DNA from: Trichoplax adhaerens
Taxonomy: Eukaryota; Animalia; Placozoa
Assembly: GCF_000150275.1 (NCBI RefSeq)
Contig: NW_002060943.1
Span: forward strand, 12,947,639-13,011,638
Length of the DNA stretch: 64,000 nucleotides
Reading direction: 5' to 3'
Positions 1 to 12,875 of this stretch are shown one piece after another. Numbering within the stretch: the stretch's first letter is position 1; the number at the start of each line of letters is the position of its first letter. The notes beneath the pieces were generated by a model. The model saw nothing but the letters and a program-made list of their open reading frames with translations. It did no database searches and was not told where the DNA came from. A program made the translations under genes and the position numbers.

Positions 1-1901
1 TACTGCTGAAGAGTAAATAAGAAGGACTGTGAACAATAGAAAGTGACTCAGGTTAAGGCTAAGTTGGGTGATAGTTTTATACCGCATATTGTGTTGAGCG
101 AGCTAGTTCTTCTTAAGGATTCCGATTACTATACCGTAGATTAGGGAAGTAGTTGTGCGGATTAAAGTAAAGTTTATTATAAACGCTGTGTTTTTTTCTT
201 GTGTCGCAAGGGTAGTTGTGGCACATATATTTTATTGAAGCTAAAATTATTTCTTCTACAATATAACAATAAATATAGAATCTAAAAGCAAACATTATTG
301 GTAGATCAAGGTTTATCATATTATTTTTTGAAGCACATTATGCTTTTCGTTAAACTATCAGTAGCCTGTATTATATAGAGTATTGTGTTGAAATTTCTCA
401 GGCATTAAGTTTATTTAATTGCTTCAAACAATTGCCCCTGTGTTCGTTCTTATTAATTTATGCCTTCGCTATTGATAAATTCTATATCGATAACTTATTT
501 CCCCAACTCTTACATAACCTTTACTAACATAAATAAATTGCATGACTTTGCTACTGTCTATCGATACGCGATTATTGATTTGTGCTTCAAAGTTTTCTTT
601 GTTTAGGTCCCTCAAACGACATCAACATTTATGATGCACGTTAATTTGCATGAACTTTGCACATGGTCATAATGACTAAATATGTAAGGATTTAATATCG
701 AGTTCTGATATTATTCTGTTATCATAATATTTACAGGATAGAGTATTTTTAGATCATTTACAATAAATAATAAGCACTTATCTAACTGCGGTATGTACTT
801 TCCATTTAATAAATGCCTTGATTACGATAAATATATTAATGTCACAAAACAGCTTTGCAACAAGATAACGCAGTATACGATCAATAAGTCAATTCCTTGA
901 ACCACGTATCAAGGAACGATATCTGCACTATCACAAACACTTTTGCTCTACTAGCAGACTACACAAAGACTTAAACGCCTCGTATTTTACGTTAAACACT
1001 AAGTTGGAGAAATTCTCTTTATTTCACGATATACTGCATTTATATACTACTCCTCAATAGTTCATGAGTCATAGTTAATACAATTAACATTGGAATCATT
1101 TACTGAATTAGATATTAATTTTAGCTACTGCTCCCTTAATGCTGACAACAGTATTTACGAACATAGACATGTAATGACTAATACAGAATAGTCAGATTAC
1201 GATATGTCCTATCACGGAACATTTCCATGATAATTTACAGTCTACCATAAGTAAATTACAATCACAATGATTCGAACTGTAAGCAGATGATTTGCATTCC
1301 CTATTATAACTATTAATTTCAGTATGAGTATAAGTGTCACTGTCATAAAAAGTCAGTGCTATATTAAACACAGTATACCCAAATTAGAAGTTAACTAAAT
1401 AAGGATAGTCTAATAGAATTATCCTAACATAGATATTTCTACTGTAATACAGTATATAACACTTTAACAATTAAATAACGCGAAATTTATTTTTTATTCT
1501 AATTTATTAGCAAGGATAACAGTTTGATTATTACAAAGTAAATAGTCAGTTCAGTTACAATAAACTTGAGAACTTGTTATTAATTACGGTAATTTATAGA
1601 CTATTGCAAACATTGCATGCTGGTAAATTTTTAGGTATTGCACAAGATGAAAACTTAAGTTAAGGACTGATTTCATAACTTGAAGTTGCTACCAAGGATA
1701 TTATTACTTGCAGTTTCGCCCTTCTACATCAAATAGGGTATACGGCTTGTGTAAGATGTGTAGGAATAGTAACTTTGTTAACGTTAGCGGACATCAAACG
1801 ACTCAGACCAAATAGTAATGATCTAATCTAATATTACCGATACATGATGCATAGATAGCGAGTATATGTATATATTGCTGGTAAAATAAAGATTAGATGT
1901 A

Positions 1902-2861
1902 TTACATACTAGAATGGAATAGATTTTTAACTTCAGATATTATTCCGGCCCTGATTTGTTTATCAAATGTCACGTAAATGAGTGGATTCAGAAAATGTAT
2001 CGATAGGACGAGACCACTTATAAAATAGCCCGCTATAAACAAATTAACGTTATCAGGTGAAAGGTAAACTACGGATTTTTGAATTATTGAAGCTATGATG
2101 CTGCATACAAAATAAGGTAGGCTTAGAAGTATATAACATGAGGTTATATAAATCAGAACTTTAATAAATTTTCTTCTCTTTGTAAAGTCTTCATGGAGCT
2201 GCTCTGATGTCCGAATGCCAGGTCGAACATAATTCTTTTGATAGATTGCAACTTTTGCATAAGACATGGCAATCGTTGCAGTAGGGATTGCATATGAAAT
2301 AAATGACCAATGCAACAGATATACTGATTCATTAACGCCCATTACTGGAAAATCACATGTTGTAGGAAAATCTGGATACGAAGACATATACAATGACATT
2401 GGTGATGCTGCAGATATTGATACCAACCAAATGAGAATCTCAGTTGTAATCAGAAATCTTCGTTTGTGGTTTCGGTAAAATGGCGAGAATGGTCTTATAA
2501 TAACAAAATAGCGATCCACAGCGATCAATGCTAAATTCATCATGGAAACCGCGTATGATGTAAATAAAATCGTTAAACCAATACGACATAGATTGGAACC
2601 AGCGACGAAATCTAAATTACCAAAGGTTATCATAATAAACATGATCAAGGCTGTACTTGCCGAGATAGTATCTGATATAACTGACATTCGAATCAAGCGA
2701 TAGGTAGTCTTTTGGAATATTTTGTTTGTAGATAGCAGTTTGAGTAGAAGTATATTTAATATTAATCCAGTTGCGTGTGTCGGAATAAAAATTCCCACCA
2801 TAACGCGATAAATTTGTATTATATTCGGTGGAAATAAGTTTGTCGAATTGAAGGTATTCAT
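1902..2861 (-). CDS. Intronless orphan class A (rhodopsin-like) GPCR, copy 1, 319 aa
   Basis: ORF has seven hydrophobic segments, N-terminal N-glycosylation sequon (NST), TM3 'LIAVDRY', ECL2 Cys (TTCDFP), TM6 'CYILLSLP' and TM7 'NPLIY'. Confidence 0.93.
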   Translation of the reverse strand: MNTFNSTNLFPPNIIQIYRVMVGIFIPTHATGLILNILLLKLLSTNKIFQKTTYRLIRMSVISDTISASTALIMFIMITFGNLDFVAGSNLCRIGLTILFTSYAVSMMNLALIAVDRYFVIIRPFSPFYRNHKRRFLITTEILIWLVSISAASPMSLYMSSYPDFPTTCDFPVMGVNESVYLLHWSFISYAIPTATIAMSYAKVAIYQKNYVRPGIRTSEQLHEDFTKRRKFIKVLIYITSCYILLSLPYFVCSIIASIIQKSVVYLSPDNVNLFIAGYFISGLVLSIHFLNPLIYVTFDKQIRAGIISEVKNLFHSSM

Positions 2862-4781
2862 TCTGTCAACAACGTAAACGATGGGTTGATAGATAGTTTG
2901 TTAGATTTGATGACTAGATAACACCTAGTTTACAATTAAATTTTCGAATAAAAAATTATAATATATTCAACAAATAGAGAAGAAAATTGCACTTAGCGCC
3001 TGAACTGATCTTAGAAAATGATGTTGGATAATTGAATACCAAGCGACTTAAACAGAGAAATAGACTTCATACATTTACCTGAACAATCATAAACTAAGGA
3101 AATTTTAATAGAAATTCAATAGATCTTATCAAATATTGTAATAACTGTGTTTTATTCAAAATTTATAACTGAGCCATGAAATAATTACTATATTATCTTA
3201 AAATTTAAGAGAAACTTTTGCTTTCACAAAACCTTATACTATTGTAGTGGTTAATTCTTAAGTTTTACATTTATTTAAATTGTGATTACATTTACCACAT
3301 TAGGATGGGATTCGCTTATTATGACCTATATTTGTTTCTTATTTTATCTATATCACACGTTATATAATTGCAAATTACAAACCCAATCGTATAGAGCAAC
3401 TAATTAGTACATTTCCATTTAAAGGATGATTTTTCTTGTAGATTAATCTTTTTCAAAAACATGTTATAAAGGAGCTCTACATCTAAGCTAACGCCTACAA
3501 TAGGGAATTAATGATGAGAACTAGATTTTACGACCGATAGGTTAAATATAGAAGCCTTACTGAACAGTCATTCTGGGTAATTTTTACATTCCTAGAAAGA
3601 TATGTAATAGTATTAAACTTTGTACTTTAATATTGCATCTTTTTAATGGTCATAGAAACTCAATAACTGAGTGTACAGATAGAACTGACAATGAAAATTT
3701 CATATACTAATGGTTGATTCATGATCATTTTGATAGCAGTTTTGCTACTATAAGAATTTGAGTTCTATTCCATTTTGTATACTAGGTATGATAAATATAC
3801 AGCATATCTCTCATCACAATAATTTGCTAATAACCATAAATTAGCATTTTAAAATTTACTAAAGCGGCAAGAGTGAAACATTGAAAACAAAATATCGCAC
3901 CTAAAGTGAATAAAAAAACAACTTTGTTTAAGTCAGTAAACTGTTATAGAAAAATCGAAAAGAATCGCAGATAGAGCCGATTTGCACGCTCTCAACCAAT
4001 CTAACTATCTAAAGTGCAATGAAATGAAATATGTAGAAATCAAGCGACACAACTTCTAACAAACTTTGATTCTACTTTCTTGGCACTCTAGTCGACTTAA
4101 CGAAACTTTGGCACCAAATAATAATTGGGGAAACAACCGATCAATAATTTATTTATAAAACGTGAGATAGACAGATCAAACAACCTTCCAAATACTTAAT
4201 TCTAAGTATTATAAATCAAGAAATAAAAAAAAGACAGAACTGAAACTGTCAACAACCAAACAACTTAACAAAAAGAAAATCGTTTTTACTTACAACAATT
4301 CGACCCAGAAGGCCTTTAAAATTAAACAAGTTCATAAAGTCATAGACACTGAAAATTCTTCTTTACCTGAAATTCGTTAATTTGAGGGAACAATGAAAAT
4401 TCATCCAAAAAAATTTAACTTCATTTCCATGTCTTCTGTTTCACAGATTAGTCATATAGATTAATATAAAATGTAATTTATTACGGTAAATTATGAAATG
4501 ATAGCGATAATGAAAGCACGATCTTGGTAATATGTGCGTCAGAACAGGAAAATGCAATGTGTGCCGTAGTAAGCTAGTAGATTTTAAATCCTGTAAGCTA
4601 TTAAATCAAAATCGCCTATGAGCCTTTCATGATAATCTAAAGATACCAATACTCTTATATAATGGTAATATGAAAAACTTTAATTTAAATCACCCTTAAC
4701 TGTTTCAGTATCTTCAATTCATGGTTTTTTTAACAGTTTCTTCAACTTTGAATATTATTATCTCTGTAATCGACATTTTGT

Positions 4782-5192
4782 AATCAACTCACGTATCAAT
4801 ATTTGCCTAAACTCTTGTAATGAAGTACAATGAATGTTAACCTAATTCTATAGATATTGGAATTGATAACTTGGGCAAAATAATAGAGTTTCATAATTAA
4901 AAACCAATTCTGGCCATGGTTATGAAATTATCAGTACAAAAGAATTTTAGCCTAAGCATCACAATGTTGTTTAAAATCCAGCCATAATTTATGATAATAC
5001 ATCAATATCGGCATTACTTCCTGTATTCTTGATAATAGTCAATAACATTAGGCAACAAATATTATTTACTTTCACTAGGTTTCATTTCTATCACAATCTC
5101 CTAATATAGATTTGTAAGTATTGACATCTCCTTTTTTACAATTTTCGCTGTAAAACTGAATGTTAGTTAAATTGGAATTATTTTATATTGAA
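4782..5192. repeat. Dispersed ~410-bp repeat, copy A
   Basis: Collinear similarity to 25003-25411 (aatcaactcacg...ttacttcctgtatt...cgctgtaaaactgaatgtta...tattgaa). Confidence 0.8.
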
Positions 5193-6485
5193 ATCATTAT
5201 AGCATTTTACCACGTCTTTGTATAATTATTTATAGGATTTCCTATTGTAAATTTGAAGCGGCATAAATCCATTTTCTGCAATATAATTAACTAAAATTAA
5301 GTTCAAGCCATAAAAAAGAATACTTTTTCTCAACTAGATCATAATTATGTACTACAATACGAATCATTTTACCTAAAATATCTCTGCTCTTTTATTAATA
5401 TCAACACTGAAAGGTCCTAGAAACCTAACTATATCAAATATAGCTATCAATATAATCAAATTTATGGAGCATCACCGCAATTTTATAGAAGCTAAATCTA
5501 TTACATCTAAAACATAAAAATTAAATAGAATCATAAAGTAGATGAAGGCTTTTTCATATTATTTTTGAGATGTATTATTCCTGTCGCTAAGCTGTCAGCA
5601 TATTGCATATTATAGAATATTAAGCTATCATTTTTCAGGCATTAAATTGATTTAATTGCTTTAAAGAATTGTCTTTCTGTTTGTTATTCTTGTTAATCAA
5701 TGCCTTCTCTATTAATGAATCCACATTGATAACTATTATCCCCTCTCTGTTACATAGCCTTCATTAACATAAATGCATTTCAAGATTTTTTCTAATGTTT
5801 GTTAGTAAACCATAAATAATTCGTAGCTTAAAATTTTCTTCGGCTAGGTCCCTAAACCTACTTTAATATTTAAGATGTATTTAAATTTGCATGAACTGTA
5901 CACGTAGTCACTGTTGACTAAATAAGCAAATGTTTAACATAAAACAGCTTTTATCGTGCTAACATTATAATTGCTAATGAATAGTGTTTTCAGATCATTT
6001 TTAATAAACATTTAGCACTTATTCTAGCAGCAAGAGATACTTTCCAGTTAATATCTTGCTTACGATATCACATTAAATGATACAAAATTAATTTTTTTAC
6101 TCTAATGTATTACCAAGGGTAAGAGTTTGATTATTACATAGTAAATGGTTCATTTATTGTAGATGAAACTTGAGAATTTGTAACTAGTTATGATAATTTA
6201 TGGATTATCCAAAAAATTATTTGCTGACAATTTTTAGGTAATGTGAAACATGATAAAACTTAGGTTAAAGTCTAATTTCAAATTTTAAAAATTACAGCAA
6301 AGAATGTCATTACTTGAAAATCAGGGTGTACTCCTCATATAAGGATAGTTTGCAAATTTTTATAGAAATCGTAATCTTATTAACGTAAGCTAACATTGAA
6401 ACAATTCAGATCAATTAGTAATGACCTCATCTAATAACGAGCTTGTTCATAGATTGCTGATAAAAGAAAGCGAAGATTAGATGTA

Positions 6486-7445
6486 TTATTTACTACAATG
6501 GAATAGATTTTTAAGCTCAGATATTATTCCAGCCCTGATTTGTTTATCAAATACTAAGTAAATAAATGGGTTCATAAAGTGTAACGATAACACCAGGCCT
6601 ACTACAATATAGTTTAATAGAAATAAATAAATATTACCAGGTAAAATTTGCAAGAAAGGTTTCTGATATGCTGAAGATACAATGCTACATACAAACAAGG
6701 GCAAACTTAGAAGTATGTAACAAGACTTTATATAAATGAGCATTTTAATAAATTTTCTTGTCTTTGTAAAGTCTTTATGAAGCTGTTTTGATGTCCAAAA
6801 CTCAGGGCGAACGTAATCCTTTTGATAATATGCAATTCTTGCATAAGACAAGAAAATCATTGTAATAGGGATGACGTATGATATTATCAACCAACTCATG
6901 AAATACATCGATTGATTAAGGTTTAATTCTGTCATATTGCATGCTGTTGGCAATTCTGGATATGGAGACAAATCTATTAACATTGGTGATTTTGTAGATA
7001 TCACAACTAACCAAATGAGAACCTCAGTTATAATCAGAAATTTTCGTTTACGATTCCGATAAAATGGTGATAATGGTCTTACAATAGCAAAATAGCGATC
7101 TACAGCGACCAATGCTAAATTCATCATAGAAATAGCAAATGATGCGAATAAAATCGTTAAGCTGACACGACATAGATTAAAACCAGCGACGAAATCCAGT
7201 CTACCAAAAGTAATGATAGTAAACATGATTACAGCTGTAATTGCCGAGATAGTATCTGATATAACTGACATTCGGATCAATTGATAGGTTGCCTTTTAGA
7301 AATTTTTGTAAGCAAATAGTAGCTTGAGTATAAGTATATTTAATATTAATGCAGTAGTATGTGTCGGAATAAAACATGCTGCAGCATACCGATAAATCTG
7401 TCTAAAATGCTCTGGAAATATGCTGGTCCTATTGGAGATATTCAT
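6486..7445 (-). pseudogene. Class A GPCR copy 2 with nonsense mutation Q50*
   Basis: ATG at 7445 gives the same 960-bp span as copies 1 and 3 (MNISNRTSIFPEHFRQIYR...). In-frame TAA at 7298-7296 replaces CAA (Q50). The rest of the frame is open, with DRY and NPFIY. Confidence 0.85.
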
Positions 7446-8189
7446 TCTGCCAATGAGGTAAACGATGGCTTAAAATAGCTTGTAATATTTGCTAAGTAGA
7501 TACTTTCTGGTTTAGAATTAAATTTTCGAATGAAAATTAGAATTTATTCACCGAATAGAAGAGGAAAAGTATAACCAGCGTCTGAAATTATCTTGGAAAA
7601 TGATACACGATATAAAGAGCTTTCACTGCTATTTATTACACCACAATACGCGTATTAATTAATCTACCGTGTGACTCAATACCATAAATAAATCACTTCA
7701 AATACTGCATGACGCATATATAGAGATTAGGCTATTCAATAGTGCCAAGAATGATCAAGAAGATAGAAGTACAGTAACAATCAATTATCTTTTATCGTAA
7801 TTCAACGCAATTTTTTCCGAGTAAATAATTGAAATAACGTTTTTTGATTTATTTATTTATTCAGTAACCCAGATTGTAAAATAGTACTTAGAATTCGTTA
7901 TATCGCATACTATTTCCACACTAAATAAGGTATGATAGCAGTTACATCTACAATATTATTTGGGTCCTAGGAGATCAGAAATTTTAAGAAGCAACTATGC
8001 AAAAATACAGCTGTTAATCTGATAATTAATCAATTCTACCTAGTATGAATTATTGCCGTTACACTTGGAATTCGTTAATTTTAATGAGTAATAGATATTT
8101 ATCAACAGATGTTAATTTCATCTATATATTTACTATTTTCAAGGCTAAATTAGCTAAAATCAATTTCGAAAATAATAAAAACCTGATTT

Positions 8190-9190
8190 ATTATAAGATA
8201 TCATATAATACAACGACATAGCAGTGATGATGACCTAGAGCTGACTATGAAATTTCGGGCAACTACTCATATTCAGAAATAGCTTCTTCATATTCGCCTA
8301 GCTCGCCCGCCTTACGTAGCACCAATGTTACTATATGATTTCGCAACATCGGGATAGTTGTGAATAGCGATAATTGGATAATTGAATATTGGGGGACTTC
8401 TTAAGCATAGAAGTAGGCTTTGCATATTTCTATGGACAATAATAGACTAAAGAACTTGCAATGGAATTGCTTAATACTATTAACGATTAAATAATATTAA
8501 ATAGTATGGCAACTATATTTTATTAAAAAATAATAATTGATCCGAGTCATCATTAAATAAGAAAATGAATTATTATCAAATAAAATTTTAAGACTACTCT
8601 GTATTACGTTCAAATTTATAGAAAAACCAATATTTGTAGAATTTTCCATTATTAGTAGTATACGTAAACCGTAAGTTACATAACAATTTAATTCTTACTT
8701 GGTTTGGCGAGAATACCTGTATGTGTTTGTATAATACAATTATGGTAGATAGGACAATTTCTTAATGAACTTTCTGTAATAGCCAACAGCTCAAAGTTAC
8801 GAACGTATTTCTTTCTTTATTATACGATCTCGCTACACGGGGAAGATTGCAATTAAGAACCAATAATTGCATTTGGCTGATTTTTGATACCTGGATATTA
8901 CCATTTTATACTTGCTCTGACGATAAAATGTAAGATCAAGATTGATGATCATACTGTACTGTTTTGCAACATCAGGATGAATATGGCCATTAATTGGCAA
9001 TAGAATTTCTGAGCGATTTCTTATGCATAGAAACCTTTTCTACATGCATGCATCGGCCATAATAGACAGATCCTATATTGTTATCTATTGCAGCAATATT
9101 AGGATGATTATGGTCTAAAGCGTATCATTCAATTTTAAGGAATTTTTTATACGCAGCTATGGCCTGATTATGCTTGCTTCTATATTGACG
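8190..9190 (-). pseudogene. Decayed TPR-repeat (NPHP3/kinesin light chain-type) gene relic
   Basis: Hand translation of the minus strand gives KHNQAIAAYKKFLKIE*YALDHNHPNIAAIDNNIGSVYY, GHIHPDVAKQY, LVYYCP*KYAKPTSMLKKSPNIQLS, HNYPDVAKSYSNIGAT and LGEYEEAISEYE*. Many stops and frameshifts. Confidence 0.8.
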
Positions 9191-10078
9191 GAGGCAATTA
9201 TTTGTGAGACACTTTATTACAAAATCGTATACTCCGAACTGTTTCAAGAATCACGCTCTTAGATGTTAAATTGGACTTTACTGAAATTGCTAATTGTTAT
9301 TTTGTAAACTTGACTAAGTTATTTTGGTTGTGATTGGATGTCTACTTTAGTTAGCAAATTGAAATGGTCGCAATTATAAACAATCAAGTCATACTACAAC
9401 AGCTATTTCTACTTCCGCATATTTTACCTGAGCTATACGCGTATTACTTCTAAATTACAAAATTGAGTAGAAATTTAAAATTTAATCTAAATTACAAATG
9501 GAAGCCTTTCGTTATATTGTTTTTTTATGCCTTTTATTTCAATCGTTAAACAGCCAACAGTCTGCAATGCGAATTTAGTCTTTGATTAAACAAAATTCCT
9601 AAGACATAAAATCAACTTAATTACTGGAATAAAGGTTACACAGTTTTTTTTCTGCTTTTGGTAATTTTTAATGCCTATCTCATGTAGTAAATAGACAGAG
9701 AAGAGATTAATTTAATCAATTATAACTTGTTTTTACTTACTTTATTTTATCAATAAAGAAGAATAACGTATTGGTGACCCTGTATATGTTGCAGAGCATG
9801 AAAATGCTTAAGTTAAGTTTCAAGTTCATAACTTACGAATAAACAATAAAGCGTTTAGTCGAATTTGATTACACTCTCCTGTATTAAACAGGGCATAAAC
9901 CCATTCTTAGCGGATTTCCATTGAAAATTATAATCTTTTAACGTTGGCTAACATTAAAATAGTTAAGGGCAACTAGTAATGATTTTATCAAGTGCAATCA
10001 ATTCCGTATTATATGAACTACTACATGTAAACAGTGTATTACGAATTAGTGGTAAAATGAACAAATAAGTTAGATGTG

Positions 10079-11038
10079 CTACTTGCTGCAGTGGAATAAT
10101 CTAGCTAATTTTGATAACATCCCAGCACGTACTCGCTTATCAAACGTCATATAAATAGTTGGGTTTATAACGGGTAACGATGCCGCGATAGCTATGGCAA
10201 GATAAGCCAATATAAACGTAGATGTGTTACCTACTGACATACTAACGACCGATTTCTGATATATTCCAGATACTGTGCAATTTAGAGCATGAGGCAAAAT
10301 TATTATTATATAGCATAATGTTATATAAATCAAGACTTTAATAAATTTCCGTCTATTCCTAAAGTCGTTATCGAGCTGTTCGGATGTCCGAATACCAGGT
10401 CGAACATAGTTCTTTTGAAACGATATAATCTTTGCATAAGAAAAGATAATGGTTACGATAGGAATGGCATATGCTATAATTACCCAAAGTATCAGGTATA
10501 TGGATTGATCAAGGTCCATGTGTGGAAAATCACATGATGTAGGCAAGCCAGGGATCGGAGCAAGATAAAGTATGAAAGGAGATGTGGCAGATATTGATAT
10601 AAGCCAAACAAGAAATTCCGTAATAATCAGAAATTTTATTTTATGATTTCGATAAAATGGCGAGAATGGTCTTACGATAGAAAAATAGCGATCTACGGCA
10701 ACCAATGCTAAGTTCATGATGGAAATTGCAGTTGATGAAAATGTAGTAGTAGCTAAGACACGACAAAGATTGGAGCTGACGATGTAATCTAAATTAACAA
10801 AGATTGATATAGAAAACATAGTTGCAGTTGCTGTAACAGATATAACATCCGATATTACAGACATTCGAATCAAACGATAGGTAGAATTTTGGAAGTCATT
10901 GTCTGTGAAAAGTAAATTGAGTAAAACTATGTTCAATATTAATCCAATTACAAAAAGAGGAAGAAAACCCAACCAAATATCGTGATAAATCTGTACAAAA
11001 AGCACTACAAATGAATTAGTAGTATTGGAAATAGCCAT
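10079..11038 (-). CDS. Intronless orphan class A GPCR, copy 3, 319 aa
   Basis: 7TM pattern, 'LVAVDRY', 'NPTIY', N-terminal NTT sequon. Collinear with copy 1. Confidence 0.93.
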   Translation of the reverse strand: MAISNTTNSFVVLFVQIYHDIWLGFLPLFVIGLILNIVLLNLLFTDNDFQNSTYRLIRMSVISDVISVTATATMFSISIFVNLDYIVSSNLCRVLATTTFSSTAISIMNLALVAVDRYFSIVRPFSPFYRNHKIKFLIITEFLVWLISISATSPFILYLAPIPGLPTSCDFPHMDLDQSIYLILWVIIAYAIPIVTIIFSYAKIISFQKNYVRPGIRTSEQLDNDFRNRRKFIKVLIYITLCYIIIILPHALNCTVSGIYQKSVVSMSVGNTSTFILAYLAIAIAASLPVINPTIYMTFDKRVRAGMLSKLARLFHCSK

Positions 11039-12875
11039 TCCTTTAGTAAGAAAATAATAAATTGATCGATAATTTGTAATATTTGGTAATTTGATAATAT
11101 TATGCTTGAAATTAAATTTTAAAATGAAAAATTGGACTGTAACTGTTTAATAGACGAGAAAATGCGTAGCCAACATTAGGAGATATGGCAGCAAATGATG
11201 TATAATGAAAATGATATGCACTATTATTAAATTAAGCTGCAATAGGTATACCAATTGTTTTCCTCCATAAATTCAATACCATAAACATTTCACAACATTA
11301 CCTATACTGCATTAAGCTCAGGTGTTTGTTATTTAATGCTGCTTAAAATGACGGAATAGATTGCGGAAAATTATTAACAATCTTTTATATATATTGAACG
11401 CAACTTATTCTTATTCGTCCATTAACAATCAGCATGGCGGTTTATAATTGGTTTACCCTATGAACAGCATAATAGACTATTATCGAATAGTCCTTAGAAT
11501 TGATTCTTTCGCTTGCTATCTCAGTACTATATTAAACATAGGGATATTTCCGTAATTCAATTTACTTTTTCATTACCATTTATAAAATTGAACTTACGTT
11601 CCAGTATATTACAAAAATAGATCCTCATAATGACATCCTTTTAATGTAGCGTAGTGATTCGTATGTAATATAGTACTGTGCACTTACGTAAAATATGATA
11701 TAAGAAGCCGATTTAGGTTTTACATTCTAAAGCAGACTTCTGGTACAGTAATATGTTATCTACCTAATACTATAAGATTTATCATCTACAGTTCACATAA
11801 AAAAATTTAAATCAATAAAGTCGTGTTACGAGTATGTGAAATATTAATGAACTTAAATTGACTATTAAACTGAATAAGTGCATAAGCTTATCATGCCTCA
11901 TGAAGAATGTTTACATGGCTCTACAGTATCAGATCTTCTATTTAGGCAATTTGGTATGGAGGGATGTTATTATGGTATAAGATAGTGCAATCATATAGCT
12001 CTAATATTCTAATCGTTTTAATTTCATTTTACCTTTCCGTTTACCGATATAAATCCAAGAAATTCTGTAGTAATATCATATTATCGCTTGATATCAATGA
12101 ACGAAATTAGATATATTAGCAATAGTACTGAACCATGATTTATCAGTCCTTATAATATATCATAGCACATTATAATTTAAGTTCATTCCGACACAGATAC
12201 ATTCAAAATTTTAGTTTAAGCGAAATAAAGAATAGTTTTGTACGCGTATTACGACCTCACTTTCTCATATTTTATTCAAACACTTAAAGTTCCAGTACAA
12301 TATCTAACATTTTCTATTTTTTTGTATTAATAGTAAAAATTGCAACCATAAATGCGTATCCAAACCAATATGACAATGATCAAGGTCTAGCAGGTGATGG
12401 TTAGTAAATTATTCAAGATTATCGATATTTTCAAATAGTACTATCAATCCTCGAATAATTCTTCCATTATAATTAAAGGGAAATTGATTAGACTAAATTA
12501 CTCAATCTCAAATTTCAGAGACTATACTGGATACTCATGATATTCATTACCATCTAAAGGAAAGAAGTTATAAAAGGGAAGCGCATCCTCTCCTGTTTTC
12601 AGGGATAATTTCAGGTAAACTGTGATCGTTAGATCAGAAGCAAGAAATTAATGGTTAGAGAATAATACGATTATTACAGCCCATAATACAACTACTTGAT
12701 TTAGTCACTGAATTCACTAAATAGTATTACTAGTAGAACGCATATTCGCTATATTTAGTGCACTGTATGCAATTGCACGTTTTATTTTACGATATTATTA
12801 GCAGAAAAATGATTAGTCATTACCTAATCTTATTTTTTATCGTAAAAATATTCTTTCCATAAATATTTTTTATAG

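Larger units (their letters stand above)
228..8600. repeat. Tandem segmental duplication units carrying GPCR copies 1 and 2 (about 228-3200 and 5480-8600)
   Basis: Non-coding flanks align by eye: 228-830 with 5480-6050, 1480-1900 with 6085-6485, 2862-3020 with 7446-7600, and 3027-3200 with 8377-8590. Boundaries are approximate. Confidence 0.8.

Noticed and set aside
7296-7298. Programmed readthrough or selenocysteine in GPCR copy 2
   Set aside because: The codon is TAA, it arises from one CAA>TAA change, and other damaging substitutions accompany it.
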